Positions 51,929 through 64,000 of a stretch of DNA of 64,000 bases are shown here, one piece after another. Positions within the stretch are counted from its first letter, which is position 1, and each line of letters starts with the position of its first letter. A program made the translations under genes and the position numbers. Source of the stretch: Lytechinus pictus (Eukaryota); contig NC_087262.1 of the NCBI RefSeq assembly GCF_037042905.1, positions 6,076,001 to 6,140,000 of the forward strand, written 5' to 3'. Under the pieces are notes generated by a model. It was not told the DNA's origin and ran no database searches. It saw only the letters and a list, made by a program, of their open reading frames with translations.

Positions 51929-53728
51929 TGAGAAGTCAAGTCTCAGATCAAAGCAGAATTCCCAAACAGTGAATATACCAGGTATTCCCAGTTTACGGGT
52001 TGGCCTAAAGGCACCTAGCTAGACAGAGGTAAATGTTTGCTTTGACAAGTCTGCAAATGGTCATGATCTACATCTGTAGGCTAGAAAGACACGTTGTGAC
52101 GTGACAAGACACAACTACTATGGACCAATCATTTGTTACATGTGATGAGTACGTCGGTTTTTAAGCATGACTCTAAGGGTGTTTTATGCTTCCATTGCGG
52201 GGACAGAATCAGCGTTTTCAAACGTCGTTCCAAAACGCTGATCGCATATGTGGTTCTGGAATAATGTTTATGCTTAATTTTTCAGAGGCGAAATCGTGAT
52301 CTGCAGCTGGCTTCGCATCGTAATTTTTGTTGAGCAGGAGAGTGAGGTCAGTTTTTTTTTCTTAGTGTTGTTATGGTCGACTTTTATCTAAACTTAAAAA
52401 AATTTCTGATCTTTTTTGCATGGAGCTACTTGACATAGCCATAGAATTTCCACCATGATGAGGATAATATAGTATGACAAAATAAAGAATATCAAAGTTT
52501 ACATAAGAAAATAATAATACATCTATTTGTTTATGCTACTGGGGCTTCTGGCTATTGATGTATCCTCATCATAACTCATGTTCCAAGTTTTCTGTAAATC
52601 CCTCAACATTCATTGTGATGATAAATTAGAGGAGTAATAGTAATTAACTTGATAATCACACGTGCAAATGTACATTGGTCATTATTAGAACAGGGAGATG
52701 GGATAGAAACACGCAACTATATTTGCCTGCGGATTTTCATCTCACCAGAGCATCTACCAAATGACGTCATTTAAACTCGTTTTTTATTGTGGTTCTGTTT
52801 ATACTTCCCCAGAAACCCTGATTCTGGTCAAACAACGTTTTCAAACGCATTTTTTTGTAAGTTAGTTTACGATCGGCGTTCTGAAACGTCATTTAAATGA
52901 AAGTAAGCATGGACGCAACCGTGTTTCAGACTAATCAGGTATGAAAACGCTGATTCTGGCCTGAAAAGTGGAAGCATGAACAAGCCTTAAGTCACACTAA
53001 ACTCTATGTGAAACACCCCTAAACTGTAGGATTTGTAGGAATGTACAACTTTTATAGAAAAAAAAATCTTCCTTCCTAAAAACGTTTGCAAGTTTGTGAA
53101 AACCATCCTAAAGAAAGTACCTGTCCTGGATATGTCACACCCGTATGTTAGTAGTTTTTCGAGTGCCCTAGTTCTTGAAAACGTTATCAGCAAGAGCTTT
53201 CAGACCGACCCGAATACCAAAATACCAGTCTGTCATTCATGATAACTTGGTCACGCCTCAAAATACCTGCCGGTAATCATATTCTGCATTGATATTCACT
53301 CGAAATTGACATTTTCAGGGTAAATTCTTGAAGTTGTCAGCATGAGTAGAAGACGAGGGACGCGATTCAAGCTTGCTAGCTCAGCTAGCAAATAAAGCTT
53401 TATACCTTGCTCGCACCCAACATACTTGCTGGGACTGGAAAGATGTTATCTTCACGTTTTGAGCATGAATTGTCTATCAAGTAGCAGATGAGTAGCAGTC
53501 AAGGTGCACAATCTAAACTCACTACATATACCTCAGCATGCCAGCAACCAAATTATGGTGCTCGCATACTCGCTAGGAAAGGAAAGCACCTGTACTTTGT
53601 TTTCACACTTTGAGATTATACCCGTGGCCTTGGAAAATATTCCTGCAAAAATTATCATAATTTTGATATGTACCAACTAAATATGATTAGCAGGTCCTTT
53701 TTTTTTTGGGAGGGGGGGAATATTACGA

Positions 53729-54126
53729 GTTATTATTTTATTATCATTATTATTATTTGTTTTGCGTCACCTGTGCCTGGGAGGGGAAAAGCGAACTGAA
53801 TCACTGTGACCCGCAGGTCTCTCCTCCCGATATAACTGATTGGAGGGAGTGCAGGTGGACCACTACACCGGGGGTTTCCCCTTCTCTTATACGAATAGTG
53901 CAGTGGGTTTTTACCATGCAAAGGTGGCGACTCTCCTCTACACGGGGCCTCCAATTAACGTCCTATCCGAGGGATGGAGTGTTATCCGCTGTAACATAGC
54001 CTGCATCCATGAAACATGGGAGAGACGTTTGCACACAACGCACTGGCTTCAGTCATCCGCCCACGCTGGACTTGAACCCACGATCTGGTTTGACGGGCAG
54101 ACGCGTTATCGACTGAGCCAACTTCG
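53729..54126 (-). mobile_element. Duplicate Deu/Nin-type SINE
   Basis: Second copy within the tandem duplication. Confidence 0.7.
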
Positions 54127-55028
54127 TGAGAAGTCAAGTCTCAGATCAAAGCAGAATTCCCAAACAGTGAATATACCAGGTATTCCCAGTTTACGGGTTG
54201 GCCTAAAGGCACCTAGCTAGACAGAGGTAAATGTTTGCTTTGACAAGTCTGCAAATGGTCATGATCTACATCTGTAGGCTAGAAAGACACGTTGTGACGT
54301 GACAAGACACAACACATCAATACGTTTCTTAAAATGATTTATACTGCTTTCCATTTCTATATAATGTATTTCTCTATAACATGCTGAAATTATAAAGTTT
54401 TATTTTAATGTTAAATCAGTCTTGTATTGCCATTGCTACATAAAGTGTACAAAACACATCAAAATCTGTGAATATTTATCTTTTTAAATACTGAATAAGT
54501 CACAAAATATGAATAAATATCAGATGTACATGTACACCTACAGAATATGACTCAAGATTATTACCCATAATTTGGCACACATACATGTAGATCTGCAATA
54601 TATGCAAGTCCTCTGGAGTCTGCAGTCACTGTCATTACATTTCAGAATTCAGACATCACTTTTTCACTGTATTTGTGAATTTGTAACAGATGTCGGAAAG
54701 GTGTAAACAAGAGTCTTTTCTCAAGAGCTAGTAGAATCCACAAGAAGGGTTCATGTACTATCCAGTTCAAGTATTTTGCCAATAGCATTAATCCTGGTTT
54801 ATTTGACATTTCTTCTACTTTCCATTCCAGCTTTTCCTCAGTTTCTCACTCCTTCCTGCTATAAACCCTCGAATAGAGAGTTGTTGCACCCCCCCCCCCC
54901 ACATATTCCGTACCACAAATCTCACAAAATCGCTGCGCGTGCAAGGAGCTGTATTTAACATGTAAACGCCTCCATGGTTATAACTCCTTGAAAATATCCC
55001 AGATGATCTCATATAACATTGTACACTA

Positions 55029-55313
55029 TGTGCGTCGTGGTCTAGTGGTTCTGACTCTCGCCTTCCAAACAGAGGATCGTGGGTTCGAATCCTAGCCATG
55101 GCGTGTTTTCCTTCAGCAAGAAATTTATCCACACTGTGCTGCACTCGACACAGGTGGGGTGAATGGGTACCCGGCAGGATTAATTCCTTTAATGCACGAG
55201 CGCTGAAAGGCGGCTCTAGCTAAGGCCGGGGTAATAATGATAGTAACAATGCGCCTCGGAATAGATTGTTTCTAGGTAGATAGCGCTATAAAGATGCCTA
55301 TTATTATTATTAT
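55029..55313 (+). mobile_element. tRNA-derived SINE (family 1 related, type-II tail)
   Basis: A box tggtctagtgg, B box gggttcgaatcc, same body, tail gcgcctcggaatag..gcgctataaagatgcc(tat)n. Confidence 0.85.
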
Positions 55314-55360
55314 ATGTTCAGGTAGACTACATAATTATATACCTCCAGGTATTCAATCCG

Positions 55361-56030
55361 GGGGACCGTTTCATAAAGCTGTTCGTAAGTTAAGAGCGAC
55401 TTTAAGAAAGACTGGTGATCCTTTATTGTGGTAAATGGTATATTCATTGGCGATGGTTACGCGCATAAGAAAGGTTCTTACGAACAGCTTTATGAAACAC
55501 CCACCAGTGGGTGTTTCCTAAAGCTGTTCGTAAGTTAAGAGCGACTTTAAGAACGACTGGTGAACCTTTCTTACGCGCTTAACCATCGCCAAATAATATA
55601 CCAATTATCACAAGAAAGGATCACTAGTCGTTCTTAAAGTCGCTCTTAACTTACGAACAGCTTTATGAAACACCCACCCGGTGGGTGTTTCATAAAGCTG
55701 TACGTAAAGTTACGAACGACTTTACGCACGACTGAAACATGTTCTTAGGTCATAACTTAACTACATAAAGATATCACATGATAGCATATAAGGATCACCA
55801 GTCGCGCGTAAATTCGTTCGTATCTTACGAACAGCTTTATGAAACACCCAACGGGGGGGTTGTTTCGTAAAGCTGTTTATATAAAGTTAAGAGCGACTTT
55901 AAGAACGACTGGTGATCCTTTATTCTGGTAAATGGTATATTGATTGGTGATGGTTACACGCATAAGAAAGGTTCACCAGTCGTTCTTTAAGTTCGCTCTT
56001 AACTTACAAACAGCTTTATGAAACACCCAC
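55361..56030. mobile_element. Four abutting family-E MITEs
   Basis: Each unit is bounded by GTTTC.TAAAGCTG / CAGCTTTATGAAACACCCA; junctions at about 55505, 55679 and 55852. Confidence 0.85.
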
Positions 56031-57667
56031 CAGGTAAGGAGTTTGAATATTGTGATTTAACTTACCCTGTATCAGATGTCAAATATTAAGAAACGATCCA
56101 AAGTCAGAGAACAGAACCTTGATACACAACCAATAAAACTCTCCGAAATGGACAACATCTTGCAAAGATATAGCCAGAGATAATTTCAATACTCCATGTA
56201 CATGTAGCTCCTGTATTAAATGGCGATACCCCCAAGCCTCCAGAAATTCTGATTTTATGGATGCATCGCTGCATATCCTGTCGTATATTTCTGGCAATCG
56301 AGGACGGTTCCCCCCCCCCCCCCACCTATCTAGTTGAGTGTGTAAAAATAACGAAGGGGGCGAATGGACAGAAATGCCAAAGACAGATGACTAAACCAGC
56401 ATGTCTGATATATAATCCTTCTTCTGTGTCCCCGAATTCTAACCTTAATTCATAGGAAAGGTGACATGCTTCAATCATTATGATGCATTAAAGGGAAATA
56501 TTACAACTGAGAATCGATCAGGAGATCAACTGAATAAAACTTGTAAAATAAATTATATTCGTCATCATTTTTCTAAAATTTGTTATGAAAGAAAGGTTGA
56601 ACCTGAATAAAAAGGAAAGAAAGAAGATTAAAAATATTACATGCTAAATAAGATTAATTCGATATATAAACGAAGTTATATTTGAATCACCTCAATTTTA
56701 CTTAATAGTATTAAACTCACAAAGTGACAAGTACATGTAGTGTAGCTGGGGCATGAAAGCCAGTCAGTTTTACTCACTGGGCCTGTAATGAAGCCTTAAT
56801 ATATTAAAGCCCCATTAAAAGCGTTGTGCAATAAAGGACCTAAAGCCCCCCCCCCCCCCCTCCCCCTCAAAAAAGAGAAAAATATGGAAAATTGTAAGGA
56901 CCTGAAATCAGACAAAAGATAGCAGACCGGCATCACTGCTGAGAGGGAAAGGAAATCATTAGCGAGTTCAAGGATAATGAGACCAAATGGCTGAAGTACA
57001 GTAGGCTGCATGTACATGACGTAGATCTACATTGCATACATGTACATTACGTTGGAAATGAAATGGGATGAGACAATGAAATTCGCAGGATGAGAAACTT
57101 TGGATCGCATTATCAGACATTTAAGTGGGATTAAAACCAAGTGGCAATTAACAGACTGGGGACACAAGGAACTGCAAGAAATGGCAGAATGGCAATTAGA
57201 CCGAAGGCTTTTCAAAGACTAACGTGATGCAGATGAAATACATTGAAGAAGGAGTAAAAATTGGGCATAAGACAAAGAACTTGAAGAGGGCGGTTCTCCA
57301 TCAGCTCCAATTTGTCTGCAATCTCATTAATCTTACCTGATCACCAGCCCTATTTCAGGGAATTGAAAACTTAGCGCGAAAAGAAATTAAATAATTTACA
57401 AGAATTCAGTGTTACATGTCAAGGAGTAGTTTTAAACAAAAAAAAGCGACATCCATGAAATAGCCTGCTAATTGTGCAGGCCTTCATTATAAATAATCAC
57501 GCGACTGTTCTGGGTCCATTTCATAAAGATTTACAACTATTGGTGACTTTGCAACTAACTACTGTAACCATGGTAACAAGCCTCTCACAAACCACTCACA
57601 AATGAGAATTTCATGGTAGTTTAACAATAATGGCAAGTTTATTGTTATACATGCAATTGTATGTGTA

Positions 57668-57957
57668 TAATAATAATAATCAGTTCTTGTATAGCGCATA
57701 ACACATTATGAATAACGTCTCTATGCGCTTCCAAAGGACTTGGATATTATTACCCCAGCTGTAGCTCAAGCAGCTTTCACGCGCTCAGCATTTCAAAGAA
57801 TACATTCCTGCCAGGTACCCATTCACCTCACCTGGGTTGAGTGCAGCACAATGTGGATTAATTTCTTGCTGAAGGAAACTACACCATGGCTGGGATTTGA
57901 ACCCACGACCCTCTGTTTCAAAGTCCGGAGACTAATCCACTGGGCCACAACGCTCCA
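57668..57957 (-). mobile_element. tRNA-derived SINE (family 1, type-III L2-like tail)
   Basis: Head and body as 40767; tail aagcgcatagagacg..tgcgctatacaagaac(tta)n. Confidence 0.85.
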
Positions 57958-59041
57958 TATATTCATGAAACGGGCCCCTCATCAGGAAAATTTGATGAGA
58001 AAAAGCAGAAAGATAATCTGAAAAGTTGGGGCTGATGTGGATGGGCCCACGGGACAGGGCCAAGTGGCAATTAAAAGATAAATTGAGGACACAAGGAATG
58101 CATGGGCTTGCTCAGTGAGGGGTGTGCAGAATTAGAGTGACATGTTAGAAAGGTCATCAGAATTCATATCAACCTAATAACAGATGACCCACCAGAACGC
58201 TGCCTTGCAAACATATCCTTATAAATGTACATACATTGTCTACGTATCCATGGAGCTATAAAATACAGATAGCTCCATGCTGTATCCATCAAGCACTTCT
58301 TTTCATTTACATTTTTAATATCTGAAAAAGTTCCTTTCCAAAAACTGGGTTTTTTTTAGTTTTGATTACAATAATTCAACTTCATACCACCTTCAAACTG
58401 TGAACAAGATACCTTGTGTGAGGAATCATAAAAATGCAGCATCATTAAAAAAATCAATTTCAAGTCATGCCTGTGTATAATCAGGCTATCAAATTCTAGG
58501 GTTATCTACTAACATTGCAAACAAGGAATTTTGATATATAGTTTTTTTCCAAATATATTTGTTTTTAGAATACATATCTCTATTAGTATTTTAAAAAACA
58601 TGATAGACCAATCATAAACAACTCTATATCATTGCAAATGACAATGAAATTCATTTAACTCAAGTCAATTGCTTATGTTCAGAACATACAAGTACATGTA
58701 TAAACATAACATACAAAAAGAGTGTCTTCCCATCATCTTAGCAAATGCCAGACAAAACACAGCATGTACTTTGTCTTTCATAAATTCATAACAAATACAA
58801 AATGACTCCTGGGAGGGAGACATGAGGCATGTCTATCAGTTTATTTTTTTCATATCATAAAGCTATCTCTGATCCAGCAAACTTTCCAACTCAAAACAAC
58901 TTCAAGATTATTTGAAATGATGATGCGATCATCAGGGTATTAATCGTGGATTCAATTTTGAAATTGCTATCCAGAGTCAACAAAGTATTTGCATTGAGAT
59001 ACCGTACTATCTGGCCAATTATCCATCTGAACATCCAGAGC

Positions 59042-59639
59042 TTAAAGGTCAAGTCAACCCCAGAAAAACGTTGATTTGAATCAATAGAGAAAAATCAAGC
59101 AAGCGTAATGCTGAAAACTTCATCAAAATCTGATGTAAAATAAGAAAGTTATGACATTTTAAAGTTTTGCTTATTTTTCACAAAACGGTTGTATGCACAA
59201 CTCAATGACATGCAAATGAGAGAGTCGATTATGTCCACCACTCACTATTTCTTTTGTTTTTGTATTGTTTGAATAATACATTACTTTAATTTTTACAGAT
59301 TTGACATTAAGGACCAACTTTAATTATTCATAAAATGTTAAAACAATGGTAATACCACATGATGAGGAATAAAACGTTGTTTCATCAGAAGATAAGGAGA
59401 AAATTTGAATATTTCATATAATGAAATACAAAAGAAAGAGTGAGTGGATGACATCATCACTCTCTTCATTTGCATACCGACCAGGATAACTGTTTTGTGA
59501 AATTAAGCGAAACTTTAAAATGTCATAACTTTCTTATTTTACATCTGATTTTGATAAAATTTTCAGTGTTATGCTCGTTGGATTTTTCTCGCTTTATTCA
59601 AATCAACTTGATGTTGGGGTGGGTGGACTTGTCCTTTAA
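59042..59639. mobile_element. TTAA-flanked MITE family B1 copy (reverse orientation)
   Basis: ttaa|aggtcaagtcaacccc ... gggtggacttgtcct|ttaa. Confidence 0.8.
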
Positions 59640-61350
59640 ATAAGTTCCAGTTACGATGAAATCAGATTCGGGCTATGGATATTTATCCATGATTCAAGAC
59701 TAACCCACTCTTTACAATGCTGCCGTACTTTGGCAAAAGGAAGCAAGTTACAAAAAGTATCATTAGCTGTAAATGAGCAATGTGTGTTCGTCATTTACAT
59801 AGGCGTCAATGCAATTTAACGGCATATTTTCTTCAAAATCTTTCCATAGAGCGATTATTTCTTCCCCAAATTTTGCCTGAACGTGCAACATACAAATGGT
59901 GTTTCAGAAACAACAACTTTGACCAATTTGACTGATGTGTCACTTGCTTCCTTTTGCCAAAGTTGGGCAGATATTTGTGTGAAGCACAAACTGCACATGA
60001 ACCCAGATAGACACCTTGTCAAATCAAAAGTCAAGGCCACAAGCCAGTGATTTGTAAACCAATTCTTACATTTTGATTTCATCATAGACAAACCATTCGT
60101 CAATACAGGAACACCACCATTTCAGGACGCATAGCATCTTTTTTATAACAGCATCCCTACTAAAAGTGCTTTTGACAAGGTACCATGCAAAAAAGACTAG
60201 TGAGAATACCCCCTCTTGGGCTAATGAAAACAGCGTTTCTTGAATCTCAAAACTTTTTCTACCTAAAGCTGATATTGCTATAAAAACATCAAGAAAGATT
60301 AACAGAAAATTGGGATGATGAGGAATTGCCTATATTGATCTAAGCAATTAATTTAATTCTAATATACTTTTCTATTTATACATCATGTATCCTGCCTCTG
60401 AGTTTGTTCATAAGAACAGTTACATGTATAAAAAAATGCTTACTTTTAATACAAAAAAGGATGAACATGAAATTATTTGAAATGTCATCAACAAAATCTA
60501 CAAAATAGTTCTGCTGATGCCTGACTTATGAAGAAATATTGATTTATGTCCCGTTATGGCAGACAGAGCTCAGTTGTATTTTTTGCCCGGAGGGGAAGTG
60601 AGATAATGAACTTGATTCCCGATGACAGGTTTGACATACATGAAGGATGCGTTCATACAAACAATAATGATAAAATCATGTTTTTTATGACTTTGATGAT
60701 CATTTTTGTGATTCATGACTCACATTAAGATCTAGTTCTCTTTTCTTTTGGGAAGGGTACTGTGCAGTCGGACGTTTCAAATAATGTACGCCATATGTAG
60801 GTAAACTAGTCACCAGTGAAAACACATGAGCAAGCAAAGGGTAATCAGTCCCCGAATTCTTGAAATAGCCACCCTTAATGAAAAATAAAATGTTTGCCTA
60901 TTGGTCATAGAGCATTTAAGGGATACTCCGGGCTGAAGATATTTATATCTAAAAAAACATACAGTAAAATTCACAAAGCAAACTGCTGACAATTTCAGCA
61001 AAATCAGATACATGTAACGAATAACGAAGTTATTGAAATTTAAAGTTTAGCAATATTTTCTGAAAACAGTAATATATGCATGTCATCATGAATATTCATT
61101 ATATGGGCTGATGATGTCACATCCCCATTTTCCTTTTTCTTATGTTATTACATGAAATCATAATAGTTTCATTTTTTCATACACGTGTAAATGATGTGTC
61201 TCCATTATAATGAAATAAGTTCCAGCAATAAATAACTAATGCACTAATCAGTTGTCAATCCAATTTTTAATTCTTGGTAGAAAAATTCAAATAAACCTAA
61301 TTTCATATAATAAAATACAAAAGAATAATGTGGGGATATGACATCATCTG

Positions 61351-61506
61351 GGGGGCGTTTCATGAAAGGACTTGTCGGACATTTATCCGACAAGTCCCAT
61401 TTTATCCGACAGTTACCATAGTAACAGTACCTCTCAGCCAATCAACATCAGAGAAAGATGTCAGATCTGACAACTTGTCGGATGAAAATATTGATGAAAC
61501 ACTCCC
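61351..61506. mobile_element. Short MITE family F, nested, CWG flanks
   Basis: ctg|gggggcgtttcatgaa ... ttgatgaaacactccc|cag. Confidence 0.75.
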
Positions 61507-61624
61507 CAGTTTGCTCATTGAAATAATGCAAATCTTTACAATTTAATGACTTTGAACATTGTTTGTTATCCGATTTTGATCAAATTTTCAACATTTCGCT
61601 CTGTGACTTTAACTCTAAATACTG

Positions 61625-62433
61625 AACAAGTGGAATGCCTCTGGCCGTCTCACCTGCATCACGCGATTCAATATAGCAGCAGTGCTGATTTTGAAAACTA
61701 CTATAACTCGCACAAGATGTTCAGTGATACTTGGTTACTCTTATTTCCACGTTTTATGAACTAGACCAATACACTTATAGAGATATGATGGCAATTCAAC
61801 AAATACCCCCAACGTGGCCAAAGTTCTTTGACCTTACATGACCTTTGACCTTGATCATGTGACCTGAAACTCGCACAGGATTTTCAGTAATACTTTATTA
61901 CTATTATGTCCAAGTTTCATGAATCAGATCCATAAACTTTCAAAGTTATGATGGTAATTCAACAGATACCCCCAATTCGGCCAAAGTTCATTGACCCTAA
62001 ATGACCTTTGACCTTGGTCATGTGATGTGAAACTCATGCAGGATGTTCAGTGATACTTGATTAACCTTATGTATAAGTTTCATGAACTAGGTCCATATAT
62101 TTTCTAAGTTATGATGACATTTCAAAAACTTAACCTTAGGTTAAGATTTTGATGTTGATTCCCCCAACATGGTCTAAGTTCATTGACCCTAAATGACCTT
62201 TGACCTTGGTCATGTGACATGAAACTCAGGCAGGATGTTCAGTAATACTTGATTAACCTTATGGCCAAGTTTCATGAACTAGGTCCATATACTTTCTAAG
62301 TTATGCTGTCATTTCAAAAACTTAACCTCAGGTTAAGATTTGGTGTTGACGCCGCCGTCGCCGTCGCCGCCGCCGCCGTCGCCGTCGGAAAAGCGGCGCC
62401 TATAGTCTCACTCTGCTATGCAGGTGAGACAAA
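61625..62433 (-). mobile_element. Helentron-associated non-autonomous element (HINE/DINE-1/Tsp-like) with internal tandem core repeats
   Basis: SubTIRs gtctcacctgcat (61647) / atgcaggtgagac (62418..62430), partial inner IR, (GCC/GTC) microsatellite, 160-190-bp core repeats, A/T-run insertion site. Confidence 0.7.
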
Positions 62434-63460
62434 AATGAATATCTTCAGCCTGGAGTATCCCTTTAAAATCTCAGCTTAGAGCACGGCAAGTGGACTCCTG
62501 AGCAGAAAGATATTGTGATTTTTAAATTGCTATATAGTCACACATTTCAAAGAAAGATAGATACATGTAGATCATAGGTAGGTATCATGGATGGATGGAT
62601 GGACGGACGGACGGACGGACAGAAGCACCTTGCCAGTGATTTTCACTGACAAGTTTGCTATGAGCCAATCAGATGCAAGGATTTCAGTAGCTTATAACAA
62701 TACTCAGTGGGAATCACTTTTTGTTTCATGAAATTTAATGCTCCCCTGGATAAAGAAATGTAGACTGAACCAAGAGTTTGTCGAGACATGGAGGTTTATA
62801 TAATTATGCACCTGAGCCCCCTTCAAATGAAAAAGGGGCCTCTGAACCTAGATTTTCGTCAACAAATATATCTCTCAACCTGCCGGGCATATCCTGTCCA
62901 GCTCAGTTGATGAAGCGGACGTTCAAAACAAAACATCGCTACATTTCATCCCCGTCATTTACTTTGAAATACAGGTGGACTTTGAAAAATGAAACACGAT
63001 ATATCACACTTCATTTGACAACTTGAGTTTCAAATGTAATAAATAAGTTGCTCTTCATTTTTTTTTCATTGCATCAAGTAAAGTTTGTTATCGACAGGCA
63101 TTCTTTTATCACAGTACAACACAATCATATATATAATGTTTTGAATTCAAATCACTCAGTTTAGGAAGATTCTAACACAAAATACAATTTTCAATATCTG
63201 TAACATTTTCTTTTTGCGGCCCGAAATTTTGGAACAGTTTACCAATTTATCTTTAATCTTGTACATCTGTTGAATCATTTAAATGACATCTGAAAACATA
63301 CTTCTTTTTTGGTAGTGTAATTGTAATATTGGAGAGTAATTTGTACATGTAAAGCGCATAGAACAGTTTTATTGATCATGCAATACATAAGAACCAATTT
63401 ATTATCATTATCATTATAATTTAGTCCTACATCATGGGCCCATTAAACCTTTGTATATAC

Positions 63461-63644
63461 CAGGGGTGTGAGTGGTCACAAATAAAAAGATCTGAAAAAA
63501 GCTGAAGAGTGTTGAAAAAGTCTGAAATAGAAAGAGCTCCCATACTTTTTGTACAGAGGAAGGCCAAAAATAAGCTGAAACTAAGCTGAAAATCAAAACA
63601 AAAAAATCTGAAATCAGATAAAAATCTGAACTCTCACACCCCTG
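63461..63644. mobile_element. MITE with CAGGGGTGTGAG TIR and 6-bp TSD ATATAC
   Basis: atatac|caggggtgtgag ... ctcacacccctg|atatac; internal AAA..CTGAAA repeats. Confidence 0.8.
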
Positions 63645-64000
63645 ATATACATATCAGAAATAATGAATATATCATGGTCAATATTTCACAAAACTTGCTG
63701 TAATAACACAATCAAAAGAATACTTTTTTTTAATCTGTGTATAAAAAAATGTATAGCAAAATTTCTATTATAACAAGTTCATGAAACAGGACTCTGATGA
63801 TTATTAAATCTATGTTTTTTTTTGCTGGAAAAACACGAGAACAACTCCAAAAATAATACAGACTCTAATATAGACCAATCTCTTCCTAAAAAACCAAATA
63901 AAGGCACATTGCTCATAATGCTAATCAAGTTCATTCTTGATAAATGAAGCATACATGTACATGCATCTGATAGCGAATCCCAATCAATTAACTAGATAAG

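Larger units (their letters stand above)
49918..54313. repeat. Direct tandem duplication of about 2.2 kb (49918..52114 and 52115..54313), near-identical
   Basis: Duplicate ORFs offset by 2197-2198 bp; junction gacacaa|ctactatgg. Confidence 0.95.
60916..62466. mobile_element. TTAA-flanked MITE family B3 carrying two nested insertions
   Basis: ttaagggatactccgggctgaag ... cttcagcctggagtatccctttaa; body colinear with 16537..17125. Confidence 0.8.

Noticed and set aside
51508-52022. Duplicated ORFs (97 aa, 126 aa) suggesting a gene pair
   Set aside because: They lie over a SINE within the tandem duplication and show no protein motifs.
55361-56030. CRISPR-like repeat-spacer appearance
   Set aside because: The 'repeats' are abutting TIR pairs and the 'spacers' are over 100 bp and mostly homologous to each other. 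There are no cas genes and the context is eukaryotic.

Overview
This is eukaryotic, AT-rich and repeat-dense DNA. The repeat repertoire (tRNA-derived SINEs including a Deu/Nin-domain SINE, TTAA-flanked MITEs, a HINE/Tsp-like element) suggests an invertebrate deuterostome, probably a sea urchin (inference). One host gene dominates the window: a minus-strand PSD/EFA6-family Arf6 GEF (Sec7 + PH + coiled-coil). I reconstructed nine phase-consistent GT-AG coding exons: complement(join(7377..7823, 9131..9274, 9691..9835, 11329..11480, 14501..14571, 17659..17740, 30029..30259, 43318..43570, 43932..45249)). The 5' exon(s) were not found. The intron between the Sec7 and PH exons holds an uninterrupted 873-aa RT + CCHC + restriction-like-endonuclease ORF from an R2-superfamily (HERO-like) non-LTR retrotransposon. 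It is 5'-truncated and possibly 5'-inverted by twin priming. The rest is SINEs, L2 fragments, many MITE families (some nested, one head-to-tail array of four), minisatellites, a near-identical 2.2-kb tandem duplication and a 183-N gap. I found no prokaryotic-type systems such as CRISPR or operons.
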